DNA of 64,000 nt from an uncultured Halochromatium sp. (GCA_964516305.1 CAZEZH010000002.1:11818-75817), one strand, 5' to 3'; positions 35,002-45,744 are shown, counted from the first letter of the stretch. Notes: generated by a model from the letters alone, not told the origin. Made by a program: numbers and translations.

Positions 35002-36279
35002 TCAGTCGGACGAGGCAAGGCGTGGTTGTTCGCCACCATCGTAGATCACGAACGGTGGGCTTTCACCATTAACCACCGACGCATCAACGACCACCTTACT
35101 GACATCATCGATCGACGGCAGATCGTACATGGTATCGAGCAGCACCTGCTCCATGATCGTGCGCAGCCCCCGGGCGCCAGTCTTGCGCTCCATGGCTTTG
35201 GTGGCAATGGCCCGGAGGGCGTCATCGCGCAGTTCGAGCTCACAACCCTCCATCTCAAACAGTCGCGCGTACTGCTTGGTCAGCGCGTGTTTAGGCTCGG
35301 TCAGGATGCGGATCAGCGCCGCTTGATCAAGCTCCTCCAGCGTCGCCATCACGGGCAGTCGGCCGACGAACTCCGGGATCAGCCCGTAACGGATCAGATC
35401 TTCAGGCTCAACATGGCTCAACAGCTCGCCAATCGCCCGATCGTCATTCTTGCTGTGGACCTCGGCCGAGAAGCCAATCCCGGTCTTCTTTGAGCGGTCT
35501 CGTATCACCTTATCTAGGCCGGCAAAGGCGCCACCGACGATGAACAGGATGTTGCTGGTATCAACTTGCAGGAACTCCTGCTGCGGATGCTTGCGGCCAC
35601 CCTGAGGTGGCACCGAGGCGACCGTTCCTTCGATCAGCTTCAACAAGGCCTGCTGGACACCCTCACCCGAGACATCGCGGGTGATCGATGGGTTGTCAGA
35701 CTTGCGTGAAATCTTGTCGATCTCGTCGATGTAGACGATGCCGCTCTGCGCCTTCTCGACGTCGTAGTCGCATTTCTGCAGCAGCTTCTGAATGATGTTC
35801 TCGACATCTTCACCGACGTACCCAGCCTCGGTGAGGGTCGTCGCATCGGCAATCGTGAAGGGGACATTGAGAAGACGCGCCAAGGTCTCAGCTAGCAGCG
35901 TCTTGCCGGAGCCGGTCGGCCCGATCAGCAGGATGTTGCTCTTTGAGATCTCGATATCTTCTTTGGCATCAGAGACCTCAAGGCGTTTGTAATGGTTGTA
36001 TACGGCAACCGAGAGGACCTTTTTCGCCTTCTCTTGACCAATCACAAACTCGTCGAGCGACTCGTTGATCTCGCGTGGCTTCGGCAATCGGCTGGTGGCC
36101 TCGCCGAGGCCCTCTTGCATCTCTTCCCGAATGATATCGTTGCAAAGCTCGACGCACTCATCACAGATGAAGACCGACGGACCCGCGATCAGCTTGCGCA
36201 CCTCGTGCTGACTCTTACCGCAGAACGAGCAGTACAGAAGCTTTCCTTCGTCGCTCTTTCCATGGGTATTTCCGCTCAT
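35002..36279 (-). CDS. clpX: ClpX ATPase
   Basis: CSFC/CDEC zinc finger, [15 protein letters not shown] loop, IGF loop. Confidence 0.98.
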   Translation of the reverse strand: MSGNTHGKSDEGKLLYCSFCGKSQHEVRKLIAGPSVFICDECVELCNDIIREEMQEGLGEATSRLPKPREINESLDEFVIGQEKAKKVLSVAVYNHYKRLEVSDAKEDIEISKSNILLIGPTGSGKTLLAETLARLLNVPFTIADATTLTEAGYVGEDVENIIQKLLQKCDYDVEKAQSGIVYIDEIDKISRKSDNPSITRDVSGEGVQQALLKLIEGTVASVPPQGGRKHPQQEFLQVDTSNILFIVGGAFAGLDKVIRDRSKKTGIGFSAEVHSKNDDRAIGELLSHVEPEDLIRYGLIPEFVGRLPVMATLEELDQAALIRILTEPKHALTKQYARLFEMEGCELELRDDALRAIATKAMERKTGARGLRTIMEQVLLDTMYDLPSIDDVSKVVVDASVVNGESPPFVIYDGGEQPRLASSD

Positions 36280-36520
36280 AGATCATCTCTCCGGGATAGG
36301 CGCTGCGGGGCCGGAAGGGAATGGGATAGCATGGGACAGGCTGAAGCAATCGGCCGCCGGGCTTTGCTCGATCATAACCCGTCAAGCCCAGATGGCAACC
36401 GTGCATCTAGACCTAGGTCAGGATATAGGTCATTGCAAGCGGGTTACCAATGGCAAGATCGAACAGGAGCGCACCCATCATCAGGATCTGAGCACATGAG
36501 GGTGCACGCCGGCTGCAACC

Positions 36521-37165
36521 TCAGTCGGCGGGCTTGGAGCGTGCATCAAGCACCTTATCGATCAGCCCGTAAGCGACGGCATCCTCTCCCCCCATAAAGC
36601 GATCGCGTTCGGTATCGTCGGCGATGCGCTCGATCGGCTGCCCGGTATGGTGCGATAAGATGTGGTTGAGTTGCTCGCGTGCGTGCAGGATCTCTCGCGC
36701 GTGGATGTCGATGTCGCTTGCCTGTCCCTGAAAACCACCCAGCGGCTGATGGATCATCACCCTTGAGTGCGGCAGACAGCATCGCTTGCCGGCAGCACCG
36801 CCGGCAAGCAACAGCGCCCCCATACTCGCGGCCTGGCCGACACACATGGTGCTGATCTCCGGGCGGATGAACTGCATGGTGTCATAGATGGCCAAACCGG
36901 CGGTCACCGACCCACCTGGCGAGTTGATATAGAAGTGGATGTCTTTATCCGGATTCTCTGACTCCAGAAACAACAACTGGGCAACAACGAGATTGGCCAC
37001 GTGGTCGTCGACCGGACCAACCAGGAAGACCACTCGCTCCTTCAGGAGTCGGGAAAAGATATCGAAGGAACGCTCGCCACGTGCGGTCTGCTCGACCACC
37101 ATGGGAACCAGTCCTAGCGCATGCGGATCGGGGCGCCGATCGGCGTTGTCGGTGTTCATCGTCAT
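36521..37165 (-). CDS. clpP: ClpP protease (start approximate)
   Basis: [30 protein letters not shown]. Confidence 0.97.
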   Translation of the reverse strand: MTMNTDNADRRPDPHALGLVPMVVEQTARGERSFDIFSRLLKERVVFLVGPVDDHVANLVVAQLLFLESENPDKDIHFYINSPGGSVTAGLAIYDTMQFIRPEISTMCVGQAASMGALLLAGGAAGKRCCLPHSRVMIHQPLGGFQGQASDIDIHAREILHAREQLNHILSHHTGQPIERIADDTERDRFMGGEDAVAYGLIDKVLDARSKPAD

Positions 37166-37209
37166 TTGGGGGCTCAGCTTGGTTAAGAGATCAGCAGAGG
37201 CCGCAGCAG

Positions 37210-38499
37210 TCACTGCTGGGACGTCAGCTCACTGAAGCTGATCGGCTCATCGGTGACCTCGAGCTGGTCTAGCACATGTTCGACGACCAGATCCTCGAGC
37301 ACCACGGACTCGATCGTCGCCAATCGCTGGCGGTCGGCGTAGTAGTAGTCGATCACCGCCTGCGGATCATCATAGGTTGCGGCCATCTCTTCAACCTTCG
37401 CGCGGACGCGCTCGGCATCTGGGGACAGCTCGTTTTGTTTCACAACCTCTCCGACAACAAGGCCCAGAGCGACCCGACGCCAGGCGTTGTCGGCAAAAAT
37501 CTCGTCCGGCAGCTTGATCTCTGAGTTTCCACCCAGGTTCTGGGTCATCTGCTGGCGCAGCGACTCGATCTCCTCATTGACGAGTGCGGCGGGCACCAAG
37601 ATGGGGTTCACCTCAAGCAGCAGGTCCATCACCTGATTCTTGATCCTGGCCTTGACCCGCTCGGTGCGCTCGCGGTCGAGATTTGAACGCACATCGGTAC
37701 GGAAATGCTCAAGATCGCCATCCTCGACACCGAACTCAGCGATGAATTCGGCGTCGATCTCGGGCAAGATCGGCTCTTCGACGGTCTTGACCGTCACCTC
37801 AAACTGCGCCGGCTTTCCGGCCAGCGCCTGTTGTGGATATTCCTCTGGAAAGGTCACTTCCACCGAGCGCTGTTCACCCGCAGTCGCGCCGATCAGCTGC
37901 TCCTCGAAGCCAGGGATAAACCGACCGGCTCCGATCTCGACCTGAGCCCCCTCGCCATGGCCACCCTCGAAGGCCTCGCCCTCGACCTGGCCCTCGAAAT
38001 CGACGACGAGACGGTCGCCCGTCGTTGCGGCCCGCTCGACCGTCTCCCACCGCTTGCGCTGCTGGCGCAAGCGCTCGATCGTCTCCTCAACATCGGCGTC
38101 GGTCACCTCAACCTCTGGCCGAGCCAAGCTGCGCCCCTCGAGAGATGCCAACGTCACCTCAGGCAGCACCTCGAACTCGGCGACGTAGGCATAGCGACCG
38201 GCAGGCTGATCCAGCTCAGGCTCGATCTCAGGACGCCCAGCCGGTCGCAGCTCGGCTTCAGCGACGGCCTGCGGATAGCTCGTTTCGACATGCTCGCTGA
38301 ACACCTCCATCCGCACTGAGTCGCCGAAGCGTTGACGCAGCATACGCAATGGCACCTTGCCTGGCCTGAAACCTGGTAGGCGAGCGGAGCGAGCATAGCT
38401 TTGCAGCCGTTTTTCGATCTCCTGCTCGATATCCTCAGCAGGGAGCTCGACCTTCAACCGTCGCGTGAGACCGTCCCCAGTCTCGACCGATACTTGCAT
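37210..38499 (-). CDS. tig: Trigger factor
   Basis: GFRPGKVP ribosome-binding motif, [13 protein letters not shown] domain. Confidence 0.97.
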   Translation of the reverse strand: MQVSVETGDGLTRRLKVELPAEDIEQEIEKRLQSYARSARLPGFRPGKVPLRMLRQRFGDSVRMEVFSEHVETSYPQAVAEAELRPAGRPEIEPELDQPAGRYAYVAEFEVLPEVTLASLEGRSLARPEVEVTDADVEETIERLRQQRKRWETVERAATTGDRLVVDFEGQVEGEAFEGGHGEGAQVEIGAGRFIPGFEEQLIGATAGEQRSVEVTFPEEYPQQALAGKPAQFEVTVKTVEEPILPEIDAEFIAEFGVEDGDLEHFRTDVRSNLDRERTERVKARIKNQVMDLLLEVNPILVPAALVNEEIESLRQQMTQNLGGNSEIKLPDEIFADNAWRRVALGLVVGEVVKQNELSPDAERVRAKVEEMAATYDDPQAVIDYYYADRQRLATIESVVLEDLVVEHVLDQLEVTDEPISFSELTSQQ

Positions 38500-38576
38500 T
38501 GTCGTCCTCCGGCTATGGTGCCGGTGGCACCGAGAAAACGAGCAAAAATAGCACTAAAGGCGCAGTGAAACCAAGC

Positions 38577-38891
38577 CTAGTCGGAATCAACCAGCTGAAG
38601 TGACGGCTTGACACGCAACCGCTTAGCCGCCTCGTACTCATCGTCGGTCATCTGACTACCGACGATGTTGCGCAGCAGATCAGCATCCCGATCGCCTCGG
38701 TCGACCGCCAGCGAGAGCCAGTAGTGCGCCTGTGCCAGATCGATGTTGACGCCGCGGCCCTCCGCATAGATGAGGCCAAGCGCATAGAACGCATCCACCT
38801 CGCCGCGCGCCGCCGCGTCGCGAACGCGCTGCACGACGCTTGGGTCGTTGCGCAGCAGCACCAGGTCTTTAAGGTAGCTATTATCCGCCAT
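38577..38891 (-). CDS. Small Sel1-repeat protein
   Basis: AFYALGLIYAEGRGVNIDLAQAHYWLSLAVDRGD is one Sel1 repeat; no signal peptide. Confidence 0.85.
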   Translation of the reverse strand: MADNSYLKDLVLLRNDPSVVQRVRDAAARGEVDAFYALGLIYAEGRGVNIDLAQAHYWLSLAVDRGDRDADLLRNIVGSQMTDDEYEAAKRLRVKPSLQLVDSD

Positions 38892-38929
38892 CAGGACTCG
38901 GCACCTGCGAATGATTATCCTGTCACACG

Positions 38930-38953
38930 AAAAAAGGCGGGGGAACCCGCCTT
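38930..38953 (-). terminator. Intrinsic terminator after the Alvin_2107-like gene
   Basis: AAGGCGGG/CCCGCCTT stem with T-run on the minus strand. Confidence 0.65.
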
Positions 38954-39086
38954 ACTCGGCCCCGCCTGAGGCACAACCAGATCGACCATCCAGGACTCCG
39001 GCTGAGCCTCACGTCAGCCTCGCGCTGGTCCGGCCAGCTCACCTCAGCTCGGGCTGACAGCGACCGGCCGGATCAGAAGGCCTGAT

Positions 39087-39284
39087 TCAGCCCTTGGCCC
39101 ACTTGGAGAAGTTGTCGGTGCTCTTCTCCTCACCGTCGGCATATCCAGCCTCATAGGCCTCGGTCAGGCGCTGTTCTTCGCGCTTCGGATTCTGTAGGAA
39201 ACCGCACTGCCAGCCCTGGATATATTCGTCGTCGACGCCGAGCTGCTCCATCTTGGTGACAGCGTCGTAGTAAAATTGGTTCAT
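39087..39284 (-). CDS. Alvin_2107-family sulfur-globule oxidation protein
   Basis: 65 aa MNQFYYDAVTKMEQLGVDDEYIQGWQCGFLQNPKREEQRLTEAYEAGYADG; family recognised from memory; GGAG RBS; near soxYZ. Confidence 0.75.
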   Translation of the reverse strand: MNQFYYDAVTKMEQLGVDDEYIQGWQCGFLQNPKREEQRLTEAYEAGYADGEEKSTDNFSKWAKG

Positions 39285-39665
39285 CGTCCACTCTCCGGTC
39301 AGCTGTTGAGATTCGGTTGCAAATCTTATGGTTGCGACTGCCATTAAGCGTCGGGCAGCCGCCTGAGCCAAGCCCTTAACGGGAGCGCGCCGGACCGATT
39401 ACCGAAGCGCCTCGCGCGCAGGGGGTCTCCACAACGCGCATCTACCCAAATCTGGCTTAACTAATAAGAATACCGCTTCTTTCTAATACATACCAGCACT
39501 AGCGATAGCCGGGGGCCGTTCTGCCCAGTCGCTCGAGCGCTTTGCTTGCGATTGGCAGAGGGACAACCCAACCTGTGGTAGGGATGGCTCTGGTTGGGCA
39601 GGCGGCAGTGCCGCCACATCAGCCAGCGGCACCGAGCCCGATTGATGATAGGAGACCCCTCGATT

Positions 39666-40709
39666 ATGCGTCCCGCTCAGTTGTTATCCGTCCTCGAGCG
39701 CGAACTCACCAGCGCCGCAGAGGGCCATCATACGCCGGTCATGCTCTGGGGACCGCCGGGCGTCGGCAAGTCGCAGATGATCGCGTTAGTTGCTGAACGC
39801 CACCAGGTACCGATGATCGACATCCGACTCTCGCAAATGGAGCCCAGCGATCTGCGCGGCATCCCCTTCCGGGTCGACCGGCACGTCGAATGGGCCATAC
39901 CCGCCTTGCTTCCAGACGCAGAGCGCCACAGCGAGGCCGGCATCCTGTTCTTGGACGAGATCACCTCGGCCCCGCCCGCAGTCTCTGCCGCCGCCTATCA
40001 GCTGATCCTCGATCGCCGACTTGGCGAGTACCAGGTGCCTAAGCACTGGGCGATCTTCGCCGCCGGCAACCGGCAGGGCGACCGAGGCGTCACCTACAGC
40101 ATGCCGGCACCACTAGCGAATCGTTTCTCGCACTTCGAGGTCGACACACATCTTGACGACTGGGTCGCCTGGGCTTATCGCAAGGGTATGGATGAACGGG
40201 TCATCGCCTTCCTGCGCTTTCGCCCCGAACTCTTGTTCGACTTCGACCCCGCTCACAACCCGGTTGCCTTTCCATCACCGCGCTCCTGGGAATTCGCACA
40301 TCGCGCACTGCAAAAATTCCAAAACGATCCGCAGCTGCTCCAGGGGACACTGCAGGCCTGCGTCGGACCGGCAGCCGGCATCGAACTCTCCGCCTTCGTT
40401 GCCAGCATCGACCAAATGCCGGATCTTGACGCCATCTGCCGCGGCGAGGCGGTCCCGGTGCCAAAGGAGATCGATCTCCAATACGCGGTTGCAGCGGCCC
40501 TGGTCGGCAAGGCGATTCGCGCTCGCGGCGGCGCCGAACATCAAACCGTGATTGGCAACATCCTGGTCTATGCCGGGCGCTTCCCGCAGCGCGAGATGGG
40601 CGTCATGTTGGTCTCCGACCTGCACCGCGCCATCGGCAGCGATCTGTTCGAGGTCCCGGCCTTCGCCGACTGGGCCAATGCCATAGCTGACGTCATGCTC
40701 TACAACTAA
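39666..40709 (+). CDS. MoxR-like AAA+ ATPase
   Basis: GPPGVGKS, ILFLDE, AAGN, LANRF. Confidence 0.9.
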   Translation: MRPAQLLSVLERELTSAAEGHHTPVMLWGPPGVGKSQMIALVAERHQVPMIDIRLSQMEPSDLRGIPFRVDRHVEWAIPALLPDAERHSEAGILFLDEITSAPPAVSAAAYQLILDRRLGEYQVPKHWAIFAAGNRQGDRGVTYSMPAPLANRFSHFEVDTHLDDWVAWAYRKGMDERVIAFLRFRPELLFDFDPAHNPVAFPSPRSWEFAHRALQKFQNDPQLLQGTLQACVGPAAGIELSAFVASIDQMPDLDAICRGEAVPVPKEIDLQYAVAAALVGKAIRARGGAEHQTVIGNILVYAGRFPQREMGVMLVSDLHRAIGSDLFEVPAFADWANAIADVMLYN

Positions 40710-40729
40710 CGGCTCGGACCTGGACATCC

Positions 40730-42094
40730 ATGGCTGCAGATTTCATCGGCGATATCGATACCCACCCCCAGGGTGAGTGCCCCAGCGAGGTCACGCCGAG
40801 CCTCGATGCTCAAGACCTGCAGGCAATTGAGACCAAGCTCTCATCTGCCCGCACCCGACTGATCCTGGACAAGCCCTTTCTCGGCGCCCTGGTGCTGCGC
40901 CTGCCACTGCAGGTTGCCAGCAGCGACTGGTGCCCAACCACAGCGACCGACGCCCGCGCCTTCTACTACAACCCCGAGTACATCGACACACTCACCCTCG
41001 ACGAGACCCAGTTTATGCTGGCGCACGAGGCGCTGCACTGCGCGCTCTCTCATTTCGCGCGCCGGCAGCACCGCATCAAGCACCGTTGGGACCTGGCCTG
41101 CGACTACGCGATCAACCCCTTGCTGGTCGACGACGGCCTGAAACCGCCGCCGAACGCCCTGTTGATGCCGATGTATAAGGGGATGACCGCTGAGGAGATC
41201 TATCCGCAGATCGATGATAACGATCAATCTGAAACCCTGGACACCCATGCCTACGACCGCGACGCTGACGGCCAAGGCCAGCACTCAGGCATGGACGAGC
41301 ACGATCTTCAAGATCAGCAGCGCCAGACCAAGGCCGATGATGGCGAGAAAGGCCAAGGGACACCGCAGCAGGCAAAACAGTCCGACAATGAGACCGGCCG
41401 TGGCGAGCAAGCGCCAGAAACCGCGGCGGGAAAGGGCGCCGCACCCCCACCACTGACCCCGGACGAGCAAGAAACGTTGCAGGTGCAGTGGCAGCAACGT
41501 ATGGCCGGCGCTGCGCAACAGGCGATGCAGGCGGGTCGACTCGGCGGCGAACTCAAGCGCATGATCGACCATCTGCTGCAGCCGCAGTTGCCTTGGCGCA
41601 TGCTCCTTGCGCGTTACATGAATGCCCTCTCACGCCATGATTACAGTTGGTCGCGACCGTCCCGCCGGGAGGGTGATCACATCCTCCCGAGCCTGCGCAG
41701 CCAGCGCATCGATCTGGTCGTCGCGGTGGATACCTCCGGTTCGATCAAGGACGCCGAGGTCCAAGAGTTCATCGATGAGGTCGACGCCCTTAAGGCCCAG
41801 GTGCAGGCGCAGGTCACCCTGCTGCCCTGCGATAGTGCCCTCGCCCCGGGCGCACCCTTCCGTTTCGAACCCTGGGAACGTTTTCAGCGCCCGCGCGACC
41901 TAATCGGCGGTGGTGGCACCAACTTCAGACCAGTGTTCCAATGGGTGGACGATCAGGGGCTGAGTCCCGATCTACTGGTCTACTTTACTGACGCCCAGGG
42001 CACTTTTCCGGAACGCGAGCCAGCCTACCCAGTGATCTGGCTAGTCAAAGGCCGCGGTGAGGTGCCTTGGGGGCAGCGCGTGCAGCTGAATTGA
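40730..42094 (+). CDS. DUF2201-type protein: HEXXH putative metallopeptidase plus C-terminal VWA domain
   Basis: ATD...YNP, HEALH, ACDYAIN, MIDAS DTSGS, GGGTNF, YFTD. Confidence 0.87.
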   Translation: MAADFIGDIDTHPQGECPSEVTPSLDAQDLQAIETKLSSARTRLILDKPFLGALVLRLPLQVASSDWCPTTATDARAFYYNPEYIDTLTLDETQFMLAHEALHCALSHFARRQHRIKHRWDLACDYAINPLLVDDGLKPPPNALLMPMYKGMTAEEIYPQIDDNDQSETLDTHAYDRDADGQGQHSGMDEHDLQDQQRQTKADDGEKGQGTPQQAKQSDNETGRGEQAPETAAGKGAAPPPLTPDEQETLQVQWQQRMAGAAQQAMQAGRLGGELKRMIDHLLQPQLPWRMLLARYMNALSRHDYSWSRPSRREGDHILPSLRSQRIDLVVAVDTSGSIKDAEVQEFIDEVDALKAQVQAQVTLLPCDSALAPGAPFRFEPWERFQRPRDLIGGGGTNFRPVFQWVDDQGLSPDLLVYFTDAQGTFPEREPAYPVIWLVKGRGEVPWGQRVQLN

Positions 42095-42112
42095 TCATGT
42101 ATCTTTATTGAC

Positions 42113-43600
42113 ATGGGCCGACATCAACTTCGGAACCGCAAGCTTTGGGCTGTTCGACTGCGCGCGCCGTCACTGGCCATCGCCCTCGTGCTCATTGTCC
42201 TTCCCAACTTGGGACCTGCAGACCCCCTCGCACTGCCGGATTTCGGCAGCTCGGCCGATACCCTGATGTCGCGCGCCGAGGAGCGCGATCTCGGCCAGGA
42301 ATTCATGAAATGGGTGCGCAAGGCGCTCCCGATCTCGGCTGACCCAGTCCTCACCGACTACATCCAGACGCTGGGCCAGCAGTTAGTGGCCACAAGCCAG
42401 AATCCAGGACGCTATGAGTTCTTTCTGATCGAGGAGCCGACCATCAATGCCTTCGCCGGCCCGGACGGGCATATTGGCGTCTTCGCCGGGCTAATCCTAG
42501 CCTCGCAAACCGAGGGCGAACTCGCCGCGGTGCTGGCACATGAACTCGCGCATGTCAGTCAAGATCACCTGATGCGCAGTTTTGAGTCGCAACGACAGAT
42601 GGCCCTGCCCGCCACCGCCCTGCTCTTGGCCGCAGCCGTGCTCGGCGCCACCGTCGACGCCAATCTTGGCGCCGCCGGCCTCATGGGTGTCCAGGGCGCT
42701 GCGGCACAGAGGCAGATCAACTTCACACGCGCCAACGAGGAAGAAGCCGACCGCATTGGGATCGAAACCCTAGCCCGCGCCGGCCACAATCCCTACGCGA
42801 TGCCGGGCTTTTTCCAACGCCTCGCCAAGACCACCCGGGTCTCCAAAAGCGAGGCTCCTGAGTTCCTGCGCACACATCCTGTGACCACCAGTCGCATCGC
42901 TGATGCACTCAACCGAGCCCGCCAATACGGCGTACGCCAGCGCCCAGACAGCCTCAGCTTTCACCTCGCGCGCGCCAACCTGCGCCAGCGCAGCGAGAGC
43001 AATCCGTCGCGTGCCGTCGAGCACTTCGCCAAGACGCTCGAGCAAGGCCGCTATCGTGACGAGACCGCACAGCGCTACGGCTACGCACTCGCCTTGACGC
43101 GAACAGGCCGCCTCCAGGCCGCTCGAGCCCAGCTCGAGCCACTGCTCGAGGAGCATCCATCGCAGACCGAATTCCTCGTCCTGCGCGCCGAGATCGACCG
43201 CCGTGCCGGCAAGCCACAGCAGGCCGTGCAGGATCTGAAAGGGCCCGTCGGCCTCTCTCCCGGCAATTGGCCGCTCAATCAAGCGTACGCAGAGTCGCTC
43301 ATCGCCGCCTCGCAGCCGAAAGAGGCACTAGCGGCGCTGCAACGATTCGTTGCCCTGCGACCCGATATCGCGCCCATCTACGAGTTGATGGCCGACGCAG
43401 CCGGAAAATCGGGGCAACGCGCATTGAATTACCGTTATCGTGCCGAATACTTCTACTCCAGCGACGAGCTTGAGCCGGCAATCCGACAGCTTGAGTTGGC
43501 GCTGCGGTTAAAAGACCTCGACTTCCACCTCGCCTCGAGGCTACAGGTACGGTTGAACGAGCTGCAGGCCTTAGAGCGGGCGCGCAAGGCCCGAGAATGA
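42113..43600 (+). CDS. M48 metalloprotease with TPR domain (BepA/YfgC-like)
   Basis: INAFA, LAHELAHV, EEEADRIG, FLRTHP...RI, helical repeat C-terminus. Confidence 0.9.
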   Translation: MGRHQLRNRKLWAVRLRAPSLAIALVLIVLPNLGPADPLALPDFGSSADTLMSRAEERDLGQEFMKWVRKALPISADPVLTDYIQTLGQQLVATSQNPGRYEFFLIEEPTINAFAGPDGHIGVFAGLILASQTEGELAAVLAHELAHVSQDHLMRSFESQRQMALPATALLLAAAVLGATVDANLGAAGLMGVQGAAAQRQINFTRANEEEADRIGIETLARAGHNPYAMPGFFQRLAKTTRVSKSEAPEFLRTHPVTTSRIADALNRARQYGVRQRPDSLSFHLARANLRQRSESNPSRAVEHFAKTLEQGRYRDETAQRYGYALALTRTGRLQAARAQLEPLLEEHPSQTEFLVLRAEIDRRAGKPQQAVQDLKGPVGLSPGNWPLNQAYAESLIAASQPKEALAALQRFVALRPDIAPIYELMADAAGKSGQRALNYRYRAEYFYSSDELEPAIRQLELALRLKDLDFHLASRLQVRLNELQALERARKARE

Positions 43601-43775
43601 GCCTCAGACTATGATGCAGCGCGCCGCAGAAACTTCGGGGTTTCCCCAGTCCGCAAGACCATAAATGCGGTTTTCAGTGTCCGACGAATACGCTAAGCTA
43701 AGCCGGTCGTAACAAAAAAACGATCGACCTCCAGCCCCAAAGGCTCCAACCCGTGTTCGATAGAGGAGATGTTCC

Positions 43776-44249
43776 ATGATCGACGCAAAACGTAGAACCC
43801 TGCTTAAGGGCTCCCTTGGTGCCAGCGCGATCGGCGTTGCCGTCAGTGCTGGCCTGCTGACCCCCGGCACCGTCTTCGCTAACTGGCCCAAGGAGGCCTT
43901 CGCTGCGAGCGAGACAGATGCCGCCCTGAAGGATCTACTCGGCAGCGCTTCCACCGAAACCAGCGATCAGGTCAAGATCAAGGCCCCCGACATCGCTGAG
44001 AACGGCGCCGTAGTCCCAGTGACGGTCGAAAGTGACGTCGAGGGCGCCAAGTCGATCTCAATCATTGCGGCCGGCAACGGAACCCCGTTGATTGCCTCGT
44101 TCGATCTGGGCGCTGACGCCGTCCCGTTCGTATCCACCCGCATCAAGATGGCCAAGACCGCTGACGTCATCGCAGTGGTGCAGACCGAAGGTGGCCTGCT
44201 CAGCGCCGCCAAGCCCGTCAAGGTCACCATCGGCGGCTGCGGCGGCTGA
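43776..44249 (+). CDS. soxY: Thiosulfate oxidation carrier SoxY
   Basis: Tat-type signal KRRTLLK, PDIAENGAVVPV, C-terminal VKVTIGGCGG swinging arm. Confidence 0.97.
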   Translation: MIDAKRRTLLKGSLGASAIGVAVSAGLLTPGTVFANWPKEAFAASETDAALKDLLGSASTETSDQVKIKAPDIAENGAVVPVTVESDVEGAKSISIIAAGNGTPLIASFDLGADAVPFVSTRIKMAKTADVIAVVQTEGGLLSAAKPVKVTIGGCGG

Positions 44250-44300
44250 TCACCGACGCACCCTGGCATCATCAATCGGATAACGAACTGAGGTAAGACA

Positions 44301-44615
44301 ATGGCAGGCGATATCAAAATCCGCGCCAAGACCAGCAACGGCGTGACCACCGTCAAGTCACTAATGAGCCACGAGATGGAAACCGGGCTCCGCAAGGACA
44401 AGAAGACCGGCGAGCCGATCCCCGCTCACTTCATCCAAGAGGTCACCGCCAAATGGAAGGATCAGGTCGTGATGACCGCCTTCTGGAGCGGTGGTGTCTC
44501 GAAGAACCCCTATCTGTCGTTCAAGTTCAACGGCGGCGAAAAGGGCGACACGGTCGAGATCACCTGGGTCGACAATCAGGACCAGACCCAGACAGGCACC
44601 GCCGAGATCGGCTAA
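44301..44615 (+). CDS. soxZ: Thiosulfate oxidation carrier SoxZ
   Basis: HEMETGLRKD, IPAHFI, SKNPYLSF, WVDN. Confidence 0.97.
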   Translation: MAGDIKIRAKTSNGVTTVKSLMSHEMETGLRKDKKTGEPIPAHFIQEVTAKWKDQVVMTAFWSGGVSKNPYLSFKFNGGEKGDTVEITWVDNQDQTQTGTAEIG

Positions 44616-44656
44616 TCGCTGAGTGCATCGAACTCGACGCCCCGAGCGCAACATCT

Positions 44657-44685
44657 AAGCCCCGCTGTCAGCGGGGCTTTTTTTT
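44657..44685 (+). terminator. Intrinsic terminator after soxZ
   Basis: AAGCCCCGCTG-T-CAGCGGGGCTT followed by a long T-run. Confidence 0.85.
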
Positions 44686-44706
44686 GGGTGGGTCAGCCCC
44701 CCGTGC

Positions 44707-45744
44707 TCAGTCCGATGCCATCTGTCGCTGGCGGCGTGCGATCTCGATCGCGGACACATCACGCAATGAGCCGGTGTAGAGCTTCCGCCCACCGCTCGGG
44801 CGCCGACGAAAGCGCCGATAGCTCCATAGGTATTGGTCCGGGCAGACGGCGATACACTGCTCGATACCCCGATTCAGGGCGGCAGCTGCGGTCACATCGT
44901 CCTCACTGTCGATGCCCTCCGGCGCCCTCAGGCAATGGATACGGAAACCCCCTGCTCGCGGTAGGCGCTCGGCAATCATGAAGATCACCGGCGCACCACT
45001 TCGACGCGCAAGACGGTTCACCAACAGCATCGTATAGGCTGGCACCCCGAATAGGGGTGCAAACACGGCGCCCTTCTCTTCCCGTGGCTCCTGATCTGGC
45101 AAGATACCGGCGCTATCACCACGCTCGAGCGCCCCGAGCAGAACCCTAATCCCGCGCGCTGTGATCGGCGCTAGGGTCGCGCCGCCCCGCCTTCTGGCTT
45201 CGACGATCAGCTCATCGAGCAACCGCTGCGGTTTATAGAAGATTGCCGTTGGCCCACGCGTCGAGAGGTAGAGTCCCGCGAGCTCCCAAGCGCCAATATG
45301 CGGCGATAGCACGATCAGCCCCTGCCCCGGCTCGCGCTCCAGCAGCTCAATGCCGCGCACCTCGCGAATCAGCGACAATGCCTCGGACGGGGGGCGCATC
45401 CAGAGCGGTGCCGTCTCGAACAGCGTCTTCCCCAACTCACGCAGGCTGCGATTGCGCATCCGCACCAGTTCCGCGGCTGGCCGCTGCGGCGCATAGAGGC
45501 CGATGTTGATCAACGCATTGCGCCGCTGGCGGTTCGGGATCAGTGCCATTCCCCAGCCCAGGACAGCGCCCATCCGATGCAGCACCGGCAGCGGCACTCC
45601 TGCCAAGGCCTGCACCAAGGCGCGTGCGACACGTTCGCGCCAGCTCAAACCTGGTGAGGGCTTAGTAGCCGCGCGCGAGGGATTCGAAGTGGCAATCGAA
45701 GGGATTTGAGTCGACGTGCGTTTGGCTCGCTGACGGGATTTCAC
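44707..45744 (-). CDS. Lipid A biosynthesis acyltransferase (LpxL/HtrB family); start uncertain
   Basis: PHIGAWE (HX4E), ILPDQ, FAPLFG, PDQYLWSYRRF. Confidence 0.85.
   Translation of the reverse strand: MKSRQRAKRTSTQIPSIATSNPSRAATKPSPGLSWRERVARALVQALAGVPLPVLHRMGAVLGWGMALIPNRQRRNALINIGLYAPQRPAAELVRMRNRSLRELGKTLFETAPLWMRPPSEALSLIREVRGIELLEREPGQGLIVLSPHIGAWELAGLYLSTRGPTAIFYKPQRLLDELIVEARRRGGATLAPITARGIRVLLGALERGDSAGILPDQEPREEKGAVFAPLFGVPAYTMLLVNRLARRSGAPVIFMIAERLPRAGGFRIHCLRAPEGIDSEDDVTAAAALNRGIEQCIAVCPDQYLWSYRRFRRRPSGGRKLYTGSLRDVSAIEIARRQRQMASD

Noticed and set aside
39666-42094. CbbQ/CbbO RuBisCO activase assignment
   Set aside because: The ATPase is longer than typical CbbQ, and the partner has HEXXH/DUF2201 architecture and is much shorter than CbbO; no cbb genes nearby.
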